DNA of 64,000 nucleotides. It comes from Octopus vulgaris. Lineage: Eukaryota. Under the pieces are notes generated by a model that saw only the letters and a list, made by a program, of their open reading frames with translations, was not told the origin of the DNA and made no database searches. The stretch lies in contig OX597839.1 of the NCBI GenBank assembly GCA_951406725.2, positions 12,214,001 to 12,278,000 of the forward strand, written 5' to 3'. The position numbers and the translations under genes were made by a program. Position 1 is the first letter of the stretch. Every line of letters starts with the position of its first letter. Positions 1 to 11,938 of the stretch are shown here, one piece after another.

Positions 1-234
1 ATCCTTTTCTCTCCCTCTCTCCAACCATATACTTCACTCTTTCAAAGTCTCACTCCCCTTCCTACTCACCCTTATACTCTCTACCTCTTTCTTATGCACT
101 CTATCTGTCTTCCTCTCTCCACATTGCCACACTGTAATTCAATCAGAGCCAACATTGTCAGATATAACATTTTTAACTGAATCAACGAATTGCATTGAAA
201 ACTACGAGGCAGACGTGATGTCTTTCAGCTATCA

Positions 235-242
235 TACACATA

Positions 243-324
<82 letters not shown>

Positions 325-406
325 CACACACAGAGATTCATACACATATATTTCCATGCTTATACATATCTGTGCGTGTACATGTGCATATGTATACATG
401 TGTACC

Positions 407-447
<41 letters not shown>

Positions 448-559
448 ATGTATACACATATACATGTATGGATATATATACGTTTACACACACACACATA
501 TCCATAAAGATGGATAGATTGATAGACTGTTGTTCGAACACACATAGAAACACACACAC

Positions 560-597
<38 letters not shown>

Positions 598-610
598 ACA
601 CAACACACAC
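235..610. repeat. (CA)n/(TA)n/(TG)n compound microsatellite
   Basis: Direct reading; accounts for ORFs 155..517, 338..640, 360..614 and 372..671. Confidence 0.97.
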
Positions 611-1099
611 ACAAGCTACATTACATTCAAAAACACACAAAACGAAATTAACATCACGTACAAATACATAAACCTAGATAAGATTTGATGCCGCCATGTT
701 TGATGTGAATATGACTGATTTTGTTAAGTAGCAGTTTCGATTTAAGAAAGAAAGAGGAAAATAGCGGCCATTTTGTTAATCTTTTTATAGCGGTTCATTG
801 TAAGATATATTGTTTCCCGAACACGTAGAGTGTGCAAACACAAACACACAAACAAATAAGCACATACACATACATTTATATGTACGAATTTATGTGTATG
901 CACGTGTGTGCACGTCTGTGTGTGTGTGTATGCATTAATAAGTCACATGTGACGAGAAAAGTGATAAGCCTCAAAATCGTAGGAAGCAGATGACTATATT
1001 TATTGAATGATACAGATATAAAGACTTACATGCAGAACTTCAAGTTACTGTATGAACGTTACGATGATCAATGCACTTCTTCAGCTGTTGCAAGTCCAG

Positions 1100-1226
1100 T
1101 TTTGTTTTGTACGTAAAGGGGCTAAGTGCAGCTGAAGCGGTGCGGCGATCACCAAATCGGTGTGGGATCAAAGAACTAGAAGATAGGTGGTTTCAGAGCA
1201 TGCAAAATGATGGCTTCTAGTTTGAA
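1100..1226 (+). mobile_element. Degenerate mariner transposase N-terminal HTH fragment
   Basis: Translates FVLYVKGLSAAEAVRR...RWFQSMQNDGF*FE, resembling the mariner HTH pattern G.SAAEA.R...RWF..F..GDF.LE; contains a stop. Confidence 0.5.
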
Positions 1227-1311
1227 TGCTGGACCGCTTTTGCTGTAAATTGACGAATAAAACAAACAAGTTACCAAAGTATAGCAAAATCTTCGACTCA
1301 GTGTAATATAT

Positions 1312-1375
<64 letters not shown>

Positions 1376-1412
1376 GCACAGACACAGACACACACATACA
1401 TACATACATACA

Positions 1413-1448
<36 letters not shown>

Positions 1449-1578
1449 TATACATACATATAAGAGACCAAAGTGTACGTACGCCGTTATATTTTTTATA
1501 AATAAGTAACACAAAATGGGTGAAGAACGCAAAACATCCAGATAGACGATACAAACAAAACAAGGACGGGTCATTCGG

Positions 1579-1672
1579 AGTTTTCTTTCCTTAGTCGAGT
1601 TCCAGATTATCTTTGCAATTTCGGCTGGTTATACTCGAGATTGCTCCAATCTGGCCAGCCCAAGGAAAAACT
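1579..1672 (-). ncRNA. Non-circularly permuted hammerhead-like motif (divergent copy, G5A core change)
   Basis: Minus strand: GGCTGG-CCAGATT-gga-GCAAT-C-TCGAGT-ataa-CCAGCC-GAAA-TTGC-aaagat-AATCTGG-a-ACTCGA-CTAAGGA; four perfect helices. Confidence 0.65.
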
Positions 1673-1778
1673 AAGCTAAGGGCATTAGATTACTTGGAAC
1701 AAAGCAGCGAAAGTATACGAAAACAAAGACGGAGAATGTTACACAAATACAAATAACAGGACATAACAACAGGCATTG

Positions 1779-1952
<174 letters not shown>

Positions 1953-2508
1953 AATATTAGGGAATAAATCCAAATTTACAAGGAAAAATCAGATTTAAGA
2001 TTGAATCCAATTTTATAATAAAATATTATCTCTTATTATAAAAGGCAGATTTTATCTGCCTCCCTTTGTATCTTATAGAAATCTACAATATAGGATTTCT
2101 TCAATTACAATTTACCTAGCATTTTTAAGAGTAGAATGCATCGGGTCGTGCCAGGTCCACTTTTTAAAATTTCAACCCCAATTAAGCAAAATTTAGAGAA
2201 AACTCACATTGTGGTGTATGAGTCAAATGCTTCTCTTAGTGTGGGATACAGCACACGCAAACGCACACACACAGTGTGCAACGAATAAAGTGAAAGTAAT
2301 TGACTTTCTGAAGTGAGTGACTCTTTCACTCTGCCTCCCACTTCCTCTTTACACACATAGACACGCAAATATATAAATAAAATTGTAAGCTAACGTGCGT
2401 GTGTGTGAGTGTGTGTGTGTGTGTGTGTGTGCGTGTGTGTGCGTGTGTGTGTGTGTGAGTGTGTGTGAGGGTGTGTGTGTGTGTGTGTGTGCGTGAGTGT
2501 GTGACAGG

Positions 2509-3090
2509 AAAGTTTTTTAGGACGACTATAAGACCTATATCCAAGTAGCAGAAAGATCGCCCAAAAGTGTATATAGATATTTAAATGTATTTATATATTC
2601 ATCTATACACAGATGTATGTATAATGTGTGTGTATATATTTCCATAGAGGTAACCTTTCACTCCATACAAAGTTTTTTAGGACGAATATAAGATCTAAAG
2701 TATATACAAGTAGCAGAAAGATCGCCCAAAAGATATTTAAATGTATTTATATATTCATCTATACACAGATGTATGTATAATGTGTGTGTATATATTTCCA
2801 TACACGTAACCATTCACTCCGCACAAAGTTTTTTAGGACGAAAATAAGATCTAAAGTTATCTCTAAGAAACAGAAAGATCGCCCAAAAGTGTATATAGAT
2901 ATTTAAATGTATTTATATATTCATCTATACACACATGTATGTATAATGTGCGTGTATATATTTCCATAGAGGTAACCATTCAATCCATACAAAGTTTTTT
3001 AGGACGAAAATATTTATATAGAAAAGAAAGGTCGCCCAAAAGTGTATATAGATATTTAAATGTATTTATATATTCATCTATCTACACCGT
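2509..3090 (+). repeat. About 160-bp tandem repeat (3.5 units) inside the Helitron
   Basis: AGTTTTTTAGGACGA recurs at 2511, 2671, 2827 and 2993 with near-identical unit bodies. Confidence 0.92.
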
Positions 3091-3287
3091 ATGTTTAGAT
3101 TCCTAACTACATTCAATCCACATTTTGCGATGCAGTTTAACCTAAAACATTTTGCGTATCGTATAGTCGTGATTCATATCCAGCCCTTCTGGGTATTAGC
3201 GCGCGTCTACGATGAGTCTATGATTTTACAAATAATTTACCATCATTTTTTCCCATTTTAATGCATATTTTTTTTAATAAAGGGAAG

Positions 3288-3853
3288 TAACTCTCAAACT
3301 TCACACCAATATGCGTGCTCATATGCGACGTAATATCACATCAGCAGCATTTCCTCACACCCTCCTTGCACTTGGCGATGAAAATGGTAATATTGCATAT
3401 ATATATATACCAGGGGATGAAAATGGTAATATTGCCATCGATTCCATTTGTACCATTGTTAAGACGCCTTCTGATCTCAGAGATGCAGTGTTCCCAGATC
3501 TACAAGCTAATTATCAGAATATGGATTGGATTGGCAAAAAGGCTATACTGGCCCCGAGGAATAAAACTGTTCACCATATTAATGATGAAATGCTAAAACT
3601 CATTCCTGGGGAAGTCTATGTATATCAGTCTATCGATACAACTCCTGACCCAGAGGACGTCATCAACTATCCAATAGAAGTACTCAATTCCTTTGAGCAC
3701 CCCGGACTACCACCACACTTTCTCAAACTTAAAGTTGGTGCCCTTATAATGCTCATCAGAAATTTGGTTCCCCCAAAACAATGCAATGGCACACGTTTGA
3801 TCGTTAAGTCCTTATCTCCCACCGTAAGCTTATATCAATATTTGCCTGAATAA
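3288..3853 (+). pseudogene. Helitron PIF1-like helicase fragment (LxLxxNMR through the 2B region)
   Basis: LKLHTNMRAH...AILAPRN...LNSFEHPGLPPHFLKLKVGALIMLIRNL...CNGTRL; truncated on both sides and enclosed by Helitron termini. Confidence 0.92.
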
Positions 3854-3929
3854 TCATCATAATTCAGTGCAATCATTAACAGTACTTTCAAGCAATTCAG
3901 CCCCGAGCAACGCCGGGCAATTCTGCTAG

Positions 3930-4178
3930 TATTATAATAAATTAGAAACAAAACCACTACTATGCAAATCAAACAAAGAAAGACTTAAGCCAATACATAA
4001 AATAACTCGCTAAGAAGGTTTAGAAACCACCTGAAGAATGTCTAAGATGTGCTGACACGAAACGATCGTAGTGGTTATTCATTTGTTAAATTTTAATTTA
4101 TATAAATTATTTATATTTATGTATTGGCTTAAGTCTTTCTTTGTTTGATTTGCATAGTAGTGGTTTTGTTTCTAATTT

Positions 4179-4187
<9 letters not shown>
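3930..4187. mobile_element. Penelope-like pLTR remnant with a 72-bp perfect inverted repeat
   Basis: 3930-4001 is the reverse complement of 4116-4187; the arms enclose a hammerhead motif. Confidence 0.75.
4025..4076 (+). ncRNA. Minimal type I hammerhead ribozyme motif (PLE type)
   Basis: AACCAC-CTGAAGA-aTGTC..GACAc-GAA-ACGATCGT-A-GTGGTT: 6-bp stem I, palindromic stem III, GUA site. Confidence 0.8.
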
Positions 4188-4231
<44 letters not shown>

Positions 4232-4769
4232 CTGGACGTCACCAACAATGCAAATGATATGCACACGAGATAGATACAAGACGTGGACAGTAATTTCAGG
4301 ATAAAAACGAGTGAAATACGTAAACAACGAGAAAAAAAATGGAAAGCAGGACAAGTTCACACAGAAAAAGGACCCTTCATCAGTTGTCGGCTTTCTATTT
4401 AATCCTCGTGAAATTTTTGGTATTATCTATTCTTCATTATACGTGTTTCATTTGCTAATAAGAATTACAAAGATTCACATGTTATACATGCATGTAAGGG
4501 ATTCCCAATTAGAAATTCGTCAAACAGAGAAAAAGAACAGAGGTTGGCGACAAACTGAGAATATCTGCAGGAGAGTGTCAGTTGCTATCTAGCTCTCACT
4601 CAGTGCACATCTCTGCTTGAATTCGCCGTGCTTTGTCTTAGATTTCCTATGAGAAAATTAGTTTTGGTTTACAAACATTTTAGGTGACGAACGTCTTCAG
4701 GGGCAAATTAATTTCGTAAACTGAAGTCTCACTGCATATATATGTGTGAACATATGTCTGAGGTGTTCG

Positions 4770-5325
4770 TGTCTTTGTGTTCATCTCCCATCGCTTAACA
4801 ACTGATATTGGTTTGCTAGCGTCTCCGAAGCATAGCGGTTCGACAAAAGAAGCTGGTGGAAAAAAGTATAAACGGCAAAATGTCTCTGTGTGTCCTTTAT
4901 ACAAATCCACAATTTTTCAGTTAGAGGGCTCGCACTTTCTATGGTCAATCAAAACCATCCAAGGGTGGTCGTGCACATCTTTACATTTCTCCAGTCACCC
5001 CGCAAAGCCATTAAAAAATCAATAGAAGTGACTTTTTGTGAAATTTTTATTCAAAACCCAATCAAAATGCCCGAAACTTGATACGCCAATTGAATGCCAG
5101 GTAGCTGTATGTGATTGGTTGGAGATTTGGACAGTATTCGCGTGTATGTGCGCGCGCACGCAGCTGTATATGCATGCACTAGCACTATGACTCGGCATTG
5201 CCGGGTCATAGTGCTAGTCAGATTTAAATATGTAAGAACAGAGGGTACATTTGATCGACTAAAGCTTTCAAGGCGGTGCTCCAGCATGAGCGCAGTCCCA
5301 TGCTAGAAACAAAGTAGAAGAATAA
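4770..5325 (+). mobile_element. Diverged SINE family A 3' half interrupted by a Helitron
   Basis: Tail motifs TAGCGGTTCGACAAAAGA and AAGGCGGTGCTCCAGCATG lie on either side of the insert. Confidence 0.65.
4869..5217 (+). mobile_element. Short non-autonomous Helitron
   Basis: 5' TAAACGGCAAAATGTCTCTGTGTG resembles the other copies; 3' CTCGGCATTGCCGGG hairpin plus CTAG|T (5214-5217). Confidence 0.7.
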
Positions 5326-5346
5326 AAGAATAGTTAAATCGTAACC

Positions 5347-5825
5347 TTGAAAAGTAACCCCCTATATTAAAATATAAATTATTTATTAATTGTAATCTTT
5401 ACAAAAAATGGATGTGAGAGGAAAGATTTTAGTATGAGGATTTATTTAAAATTCGATATGGGCTCCAGATATCGCCATCAGCTTCTTGAGTCGCCCAGGA
5501 ATTACGTAAACTGATTCCTCCAAGACATAACTTCGCCCTTCAAGTTCTTCCAAAGTATTTGGTTTGGTACAGTAGACTTGTTCCTTTAACCAACCCCCAA
5601 AAAAGAAGTCACCGGGTGTTAAGCCAGGGCTCCTGGTTGGCCACTCAGGTGGACCATGACAACCCGTCCATCTCCCAGGGAAGTGGGCATTCAGTTATCC
5701 ACGAACGGTTACAGATTAAATCCCCATACTTCAAAAAACAAGCGCAATATATTTCGGAAGAAAATCACAATTAATGAATGATTTATAAGTATTTTAAAAT
5801 AGGGAGTTACTTTGAAATCACCCTG
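5347..5825 (-). mobile_element. Internally deleted Tc1/mariner-superfamily element (maT/DD37D-like) with TIRs
   Basis: Right end GGGAGTTACTTTGAAATCACCCTG|TA matches the left end AAAGTAACCCCCTAT. Minus strand gives WPTRSPGLTPGDFFFWGLVK and PGRLKKLMAISGAHIEF*. Confidence 0.78.
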
Positions 5826-7259
5826 TAGGACGACCAACGCCCGACAGCTACGTCAGCATCATGCGGCTTTTAAAGTGCGCGGCTTTGGAGCGTAACTCTA
5901 AACGTGAACTGCGGAGAGATACTCTTCCATTGTTTTATTTTTTTACCCGTTTCGGTTAGCGGGTTGTGGCCATGCTGGGGCAGCTTTATATGCAGAGGAA
6001 TCTGATCATTCCAAAGACGTGTTCGATCGTTTCTGTAGCAATGGTGAGGTGTGACCGAGTTGTTTGCTCTTGAAACTCTGAGAAACGGTTGCTGGTCTTC
6101 AAAGTGTCCACCTCAGACAAATATGACATTGAGCAGTTTGACTGCACAGAGAATAATGAGACAGAAATCATCATCGTCGTCGTCGTAATCATCATCTCCA
6201 CCCCCTCATCATCATTATTAGCAGCGGTGTTATCATCATCGTCGTTTCCATCATCGCTGCCGTCGTCGACATCGTTGATGTAATGGCCGTCTCCGCCATC
6301 GTCGTCTTCATCCTCGTCCTCCTCCTTCTCTTCTTCCTGCTCCTCCTCCTCTCTTCCTCATCATCATGAAATACAATGGGGTTACGATGGGTACGTGTTT
6401 GGTATTAGAGAACCGAAGCTGATAAGACCTCGTTAGGCTCAAATAGCGAACAGTCCATTTGTCAGAACGGCAATCTTCTGAAATTTTAATCATAAACCAA
6501 CATACATTATTATACAGATTTAAGCAGGACGGGTGGAGTGAGAAACGGAGAGAGGAAGAAGGTAGAAATGGGACTGAGATTGATACTTGCTCAAAGAGAC
6601 GTGACCTCTGCATTGAACAGGTCGAGTGAATACATATAAACGTCCGTGTCTTGCACAAATTCCACCATTCACACAAATCTGTAGTGTTTCTTCCATTTAC
6701 TTAACGCCAAAGCCATATGAAACCCCTCTACTCTATCTCTCTCTTACTCTCTCCTTCTCTATCTCTCTCTTTCTCTCCCTCTCTTTCGTCTATAAATTTA
6801 CGGCCATGTTTGTCTTCCTACAAAGGAATCAATAATTCTTTCGAATTCAATTCGCTCGCCGCAGGAATACATTATTTACCAAATACTAAGCAATATATCA
6901 CCAGCTTTGCGTCCAGCACATAGTATAATTATATACAGCATTGGCAGAATTATACATACATACATGCACACATCCGTTCATCCATTCATCCATACATACA
7001 TAATTACAAACACACACACACATATAGATAGAATGTGTTTGTGTATATGCGCCATTTTAAGACGTTCATCTTTACGACTGCTCAAACACGATAAACCTCT
7101 CCCTTGATAATATTGTTAAACAGTTGATAACATGTTGAATTATCTGATATCTAATGGCTAATTATGTTCCAATAAAAATATCACATGTCACATATATAAC
7201 TCCAGAACCATTTTCATTGTGATAAATTGCTATCTTTATTATTACCATTACAACTATGA

Positions 7260-7448
7260 TTACTGCGAATACTGAAGTTGTTATTATTGTTGTTGCTGTT
7301 GTTGTTGCTGCTGTTCTTCTGGTTGTTATTATTGTTATTATCGTTGTTGTTATTGTTGTTGTTATTGTTGTTATTATTATTGTTGTTGCTGCTGTAGTTA
7401 TTGCTTATTTATTTATTTTGTGCTTCTCTGGTTCTCATCATCCTGCTG

Positions 7449-7546
<98 letters not shown>

Positions 7547-7560
7547 GAAGAAGAAGAAAA
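7260..7560. repeat. (GTT/ATT)n followed by (TAA)n(TGA)n(GAA)n trinucleotide arrays
   Basis: Direct reading. Confidence 0.95.
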
Positions 7561-8480
7561 GGAGGAGGAAAAAGAAGGGGTGAAGGAAGATGAAGATGGC
7601 TGTATAATTTATGCTCTTTATTGCTTAATATGACTGTATAATAACGTACAGCTCTTGTTATTCGATGATTTTTTCAACGATATATGTTCGTTTACGCTGT
7701 AATGAAAGAACGGATATAAAGTAAAGAATAAATAAAGACAAGGAGACATCCTTCGACGAATAGGTGCCTCACTCTAAAGACTAAACCACGCGCCCTCATT
7801 CATTCATACATATATATACATGCATATATACGTACATACATGCACACAATGCATGCATACATACGTACATACATACATGCAGGCATACATGCATACATAC
7901 ATACATACATGCAGACATACATAATAGTCAGACATATGTGCATACATGCATGCATACATTCATATATACATTCATATATACATGCATATATATTCATAAT
8001 TCATACTTACATACATACATGCAGACATACACAAGAGTCAGATATACGTGCATACATGTATGCATACATTCATATATACATACAAACATACATACATGCT
8101 TGTATACTTACATGCATGCATACATAATACATATATGTATACATACATATAGACGGAAAAATGATATGGGAAACAGAAATGCAAATTATAACCTCTCAGG
8201 AACAAGCTATTAAGACGAATCTGATAAAGGCAAAGATTGATAAAATTCAGTCAGAGAGCAAAAAAGTGCGAAACGGTATGAAAGTTCTAACCATCTCTTG
8301 AGTGAATGCCATAAGCTAACACAAAAAGAGTATAAGTGTAGGCATGAATGTGTAGGTAATAAGGTACACTGGGGTGTTAGCCAGGTGTGAATTCAAAGTA
8401 GCTGGAAAGTGGTATGAGTACGAATCCAACTCTACAATAGACAATAAGAATGATTCCCATAAATTATAAGAATAATTTAG

Positions 8481-8583
8481 AAATTTAGAAATAGCAGCCA
8501 AGAAGCTAGCTATTTCGCTAGCATAAGTAAATCTCCTTTATGGTAGAGAAATAACTAGCTTCTTGGCTGATATTTCTAAATTT
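8481..8583. repeat. Fold-back inverted repeat (36-bp arms, 2 mismatches)
   Basis: AAATTTAGAAATAGCAGCCAAGAAGCTAGCTATTTC versus GAAATAACTAGCTTCTTGGCTGATATTTCTAAATTT. Confidence 0.9.
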
Positions 8584-8857
8584 CGGTATGTGGTGAAGCA
8601 AATTTTTTTTTGCTGAACCCTAATTATAATTATACTCATAATTATAAAAATTATTGTTTAAGTTTACCAATAATGGTTCTTTTAACAAACAAAACACACA
8701 CACTGAATACAATGTTCACAACACTAGCGGTGCTTTTATTTCGTTATTGACTATATATATATACACACACACATATATTGATAGAAATGGCAAGACAAGA
8801 AAAGAATGAAAGAGAACTCGATATTATGTAAATAGAGGAATTTATCTGTAAATATTG

Positions 8858-8910
8858 GTGACAATTATACGGTAGCCGGAGTTTTATCATGGCTACCGAA
8901 TAATTGTCAC
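8858..8910. repeat. Hairpin with 20-bp arms
   Basis: GTGACAATTATACGGTAGCC / GGCTACCGAATAATTGTCAC, 19 of 20 paired. Confidence 0.85.
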
Positions 8911-8946
8911 ATATTATATTTACAGATATATCTATCTATCTATCTA

Positions 8947-9022
<76 letters not shown>

Positions 9023-9862
9023 TGTGTGTGTGTATGTGTGTTATATATGTGTGTATATTATATATAAATACATGTTATATTTGTGTGCTGTGTGTGTATA
9101 TTATATATGTGGGTGTGTTGTGTATGTGTGTGTTCTGTGTGTGTGTGTGTTGTGTGTATGTGGTGTGTGTTTGTATACTATGTGTGTGTGTGTGTGTATG
9201 TGTGTGACAAACAGATGCCGTCTGACCAAATACTGCAGGCACACGGACACATCTATTCACACCCGCATACTCACCTCCCGATAACCCCAAAATCATTGAT
9301 GCTTGAAGGGGAACCATAAACAAAACTGGGTACAACATTTTTTTCTCTCAATTCAACTTTTCTGCTAAAGCCAACAGGTGAGTAAAAACAAATTCTCGCC
9401 TTCAACTCAAAATATTCTGAGATGTATAAAATATCCATTTTAATTTTTTCTGTCAATATTACAAATTTTCTCACCAAACTATTGCACTTCCTTATGTCTT
9501 TAACATGTCCTTTCTACCAAAGACTGTATATATATACATGTAATGTGACAATTTGCGACAACCAATAATTAACGCAAACAAATTTCCAATAATATATTTG
9601 TTTTATTCTTTTCTGCCAATTTTTCCAAATATTCTCATCACACTATTGAACTTCTCTGTCACTAAACACTATATTTATACATGTAATGTGACAATTATGT
9701 ATAAAAAAACATTTTTGAATTCATAATATTCAATGTGACAATTATGTAAAAAACTTTTTTGAACCCATATTATTCAATGTTACTTTTGACAATCTTTTAC
9801 CAAAGAGTGAAACCGGTTAAGTAAATAAACATCTTTTAAATTGCATTTTCAAACCTTCTTTC

Positions 9863-9962
<100 letters not shown>

Positions 9963-10391
9963 ATGTATGTATGTATGTATGTATGTATGTATGTATGTAT
10001 GATGTGTGTGTACACTTATTCACACGCATGTATATATAAATTATAATTAAAATTTAAATTTGAAATGATTCGTGACAAAAAGTCACATTATTTCGTTCAG
10101 ATGAGCATTCTTTAACAACTATGAGTGTGTGTGTGTATGTATGTGTGTTTCAGTGTGTGCACGTGCGCGCGTGCATATGTATATATGAAGAATAGAAAGA
10201 AGGAGAGAAAACCAAAGCGATAAAGAAAGAGAAAATTGCAGTGGAATTGTGTCGCATAAGTGCAACGAAACATTTTAATACTTCTTACATAATATAATTG
10301 TTGTATGCATAAATATATATATATATATGCGTGTGCGAGTAATATAAACACGGGTGTATATTTATGAGTGTGCTAGTGTATGTGATCCAGA

Positions 10392-10429
<38 letters not shown>

Positions 10430-11019
10430 AACGCTCCGAAGAAACTAAGATACTAAATTACGTTAACGCATTATGTAGTAAAGCTTCGCTCTCTTTGCGG
10501 AAATAGCTGTAAGCTCATAAATAAATTAAAGAACTTGTTTTCCTTTGTTATTTATTCTTAGAATATAACTATATTTCTTTTGTGTGTTTTTGTTCAGAGC
10601 TACAAGCTTACGGTGATATAAGATGCCGTCTTTATAGATACAAAGCTGTAGCCTGCAAAGTTATAATAGAATGGTTTGCACATCCTACTATGGCAAAGCA
10701 AAATTATAATACGCACGTATACATGAAAGTAACGAACACAAAATGAAAGTTGACAATACATGAGGTACAAGTTTTAACAAACTTATTTAAACAAATATAT
10801 TAGCTTAATGCTTAAAGGAAGAGAAAAATCATAACGTTTCGGATGTTTGTCCTTCATACGAAAAATATAGAAGAAAAGTGTAGGAGGAGAGTGAAAGGAG
10901 AAAAGTGGCTCTTTTCTATTTTTCCTTTCATTTCTCCTCTCTTCTCCTTTCCTATATCTCTATGCCATTTTCATCCATTCCTCTCCAAATACACTTGAAA
11001 AGTCTTTTCATCTGTTCGA

Positions 11020-11764
11020 CTTTAGACATTTGATCTCAGCTCCATTAGCTCTGTTCGACCATTGGTCCAAATTGCTCCCCAGACCTTCACAGAATAGCTG
11101 CCGTGTTTCATTGTTGGCTGCAATCTTTTCACGTCAAATTCTTGATCACAGAGTCTCCAGATCCACAGTCAACCACTGTCAGAAAAGACAGCAAATCTGG
11201 ACTCATCGGAGAATATGACAGTATTCCAAAATATTGGTGTTACAATCTCACTGGTCCAATTTTTCTCCACTTGATATTGACTGGTTGAAGCAGTGACTAC
11301 CTTCTTGCTGCTATGTCATGGTAGCCAAGTGTATGGAGATACCTGACAGCTGTCCTGGGACTGACATCAACTTGTTCTGCTATGTCTGAAGCCTTGCAAC
11401 GAGGATTATCCTCCACACTTCTCTTAACAAAGCGAAGGGTCCTGTCAGAGGGACCTGGGCGAGGTGATGTGGACTCCTTACCCTCTCTGGTGAATTGCTT
11501 GTACAATCACTCTATTAACTGTAGAAGATGGGATCCTAGGGTTTCTGCGATTTTATGCTAAGTCCACCTTCAGACTGACGCACAATACGGCACATTTGAA
11601 ATTTGGACAGTTCCAAGGATTCTTTTGTACGTAGGAAGATAAAATAGTCACATATAAGACCTTAGACATAAAAATGTCAATTAATAAAAGATATAAACCC
11701 TTTCAGGTTAAAATAAACATGAAACGATGTTTTATGGGGTGTCTGTTTACCTCTGTCACGTCTG
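11020..11764 (-). mobile_element. Tc1-like transposon 5' remnant (TIR, HTH and start of the DDE domain)
   Basis: ORF 11297..11506 (..VDVSPRTAVRYLHTLGYHDIAARR), then FSDESRF..WIWR..LQPTMKHGSYSVKVWG with frameshifts; terminal TA|CAGACGTGACAGAGGTAAACAGACACCCC. Confidence 0.88.
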
Positions 11765-11789
11765 TATGTATATATATATATATATATAT

Positions 11790-11938
11790 GACGGGCTTCT
11801 TTCAGTTTCCGTCTACCAAATCCATTTACAAGGCTTTGGCCAACCAGAGGCTATAGATAAAGACACTTGCCCTAGTTGTCACGCAGTGGGACTGAACCAC
11901 CAACCATATGGTTGGGAAGCAAGCGTCGTACCACACAA
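11790..11938 (-). mobile_element. SINE family A 5' half
   Basis: Reverse complement of the tRNA head plus CORE-like block. Confidence 0.85.

Larger units (their letters stand above)
2029..3929 (+). mobile_element. Non-autonomous Helitron with internal tandem repeats and a PIF1 fragment
   Basis: 5' A|TCTCTTATTATAAAAGGCAG resembles the 5' end of the 61891-62273 copy. The 3' end has hairpin CCCGAGCAACGCCGGG then CTAG|T (3926-3929). A|T target, no TSD. Confidence 0.8.

Noticed and set aside
2509-3090. Regularly spaced repeats resembling a CRISPR array
   Set aside because: The whole 160-bp unit repeats with no unique spacers; eukaryotic context; no cas genes.
3311-3853. Host PIF1 gene exon
   Set aside because: Bounded by Helitron termini, truncated, and of Helitron-type sequence.
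9226-9330. Possible integrase or transposase fragment (FTPAYSP)
   Set aside because: The match is too short and ambiguous to assign.
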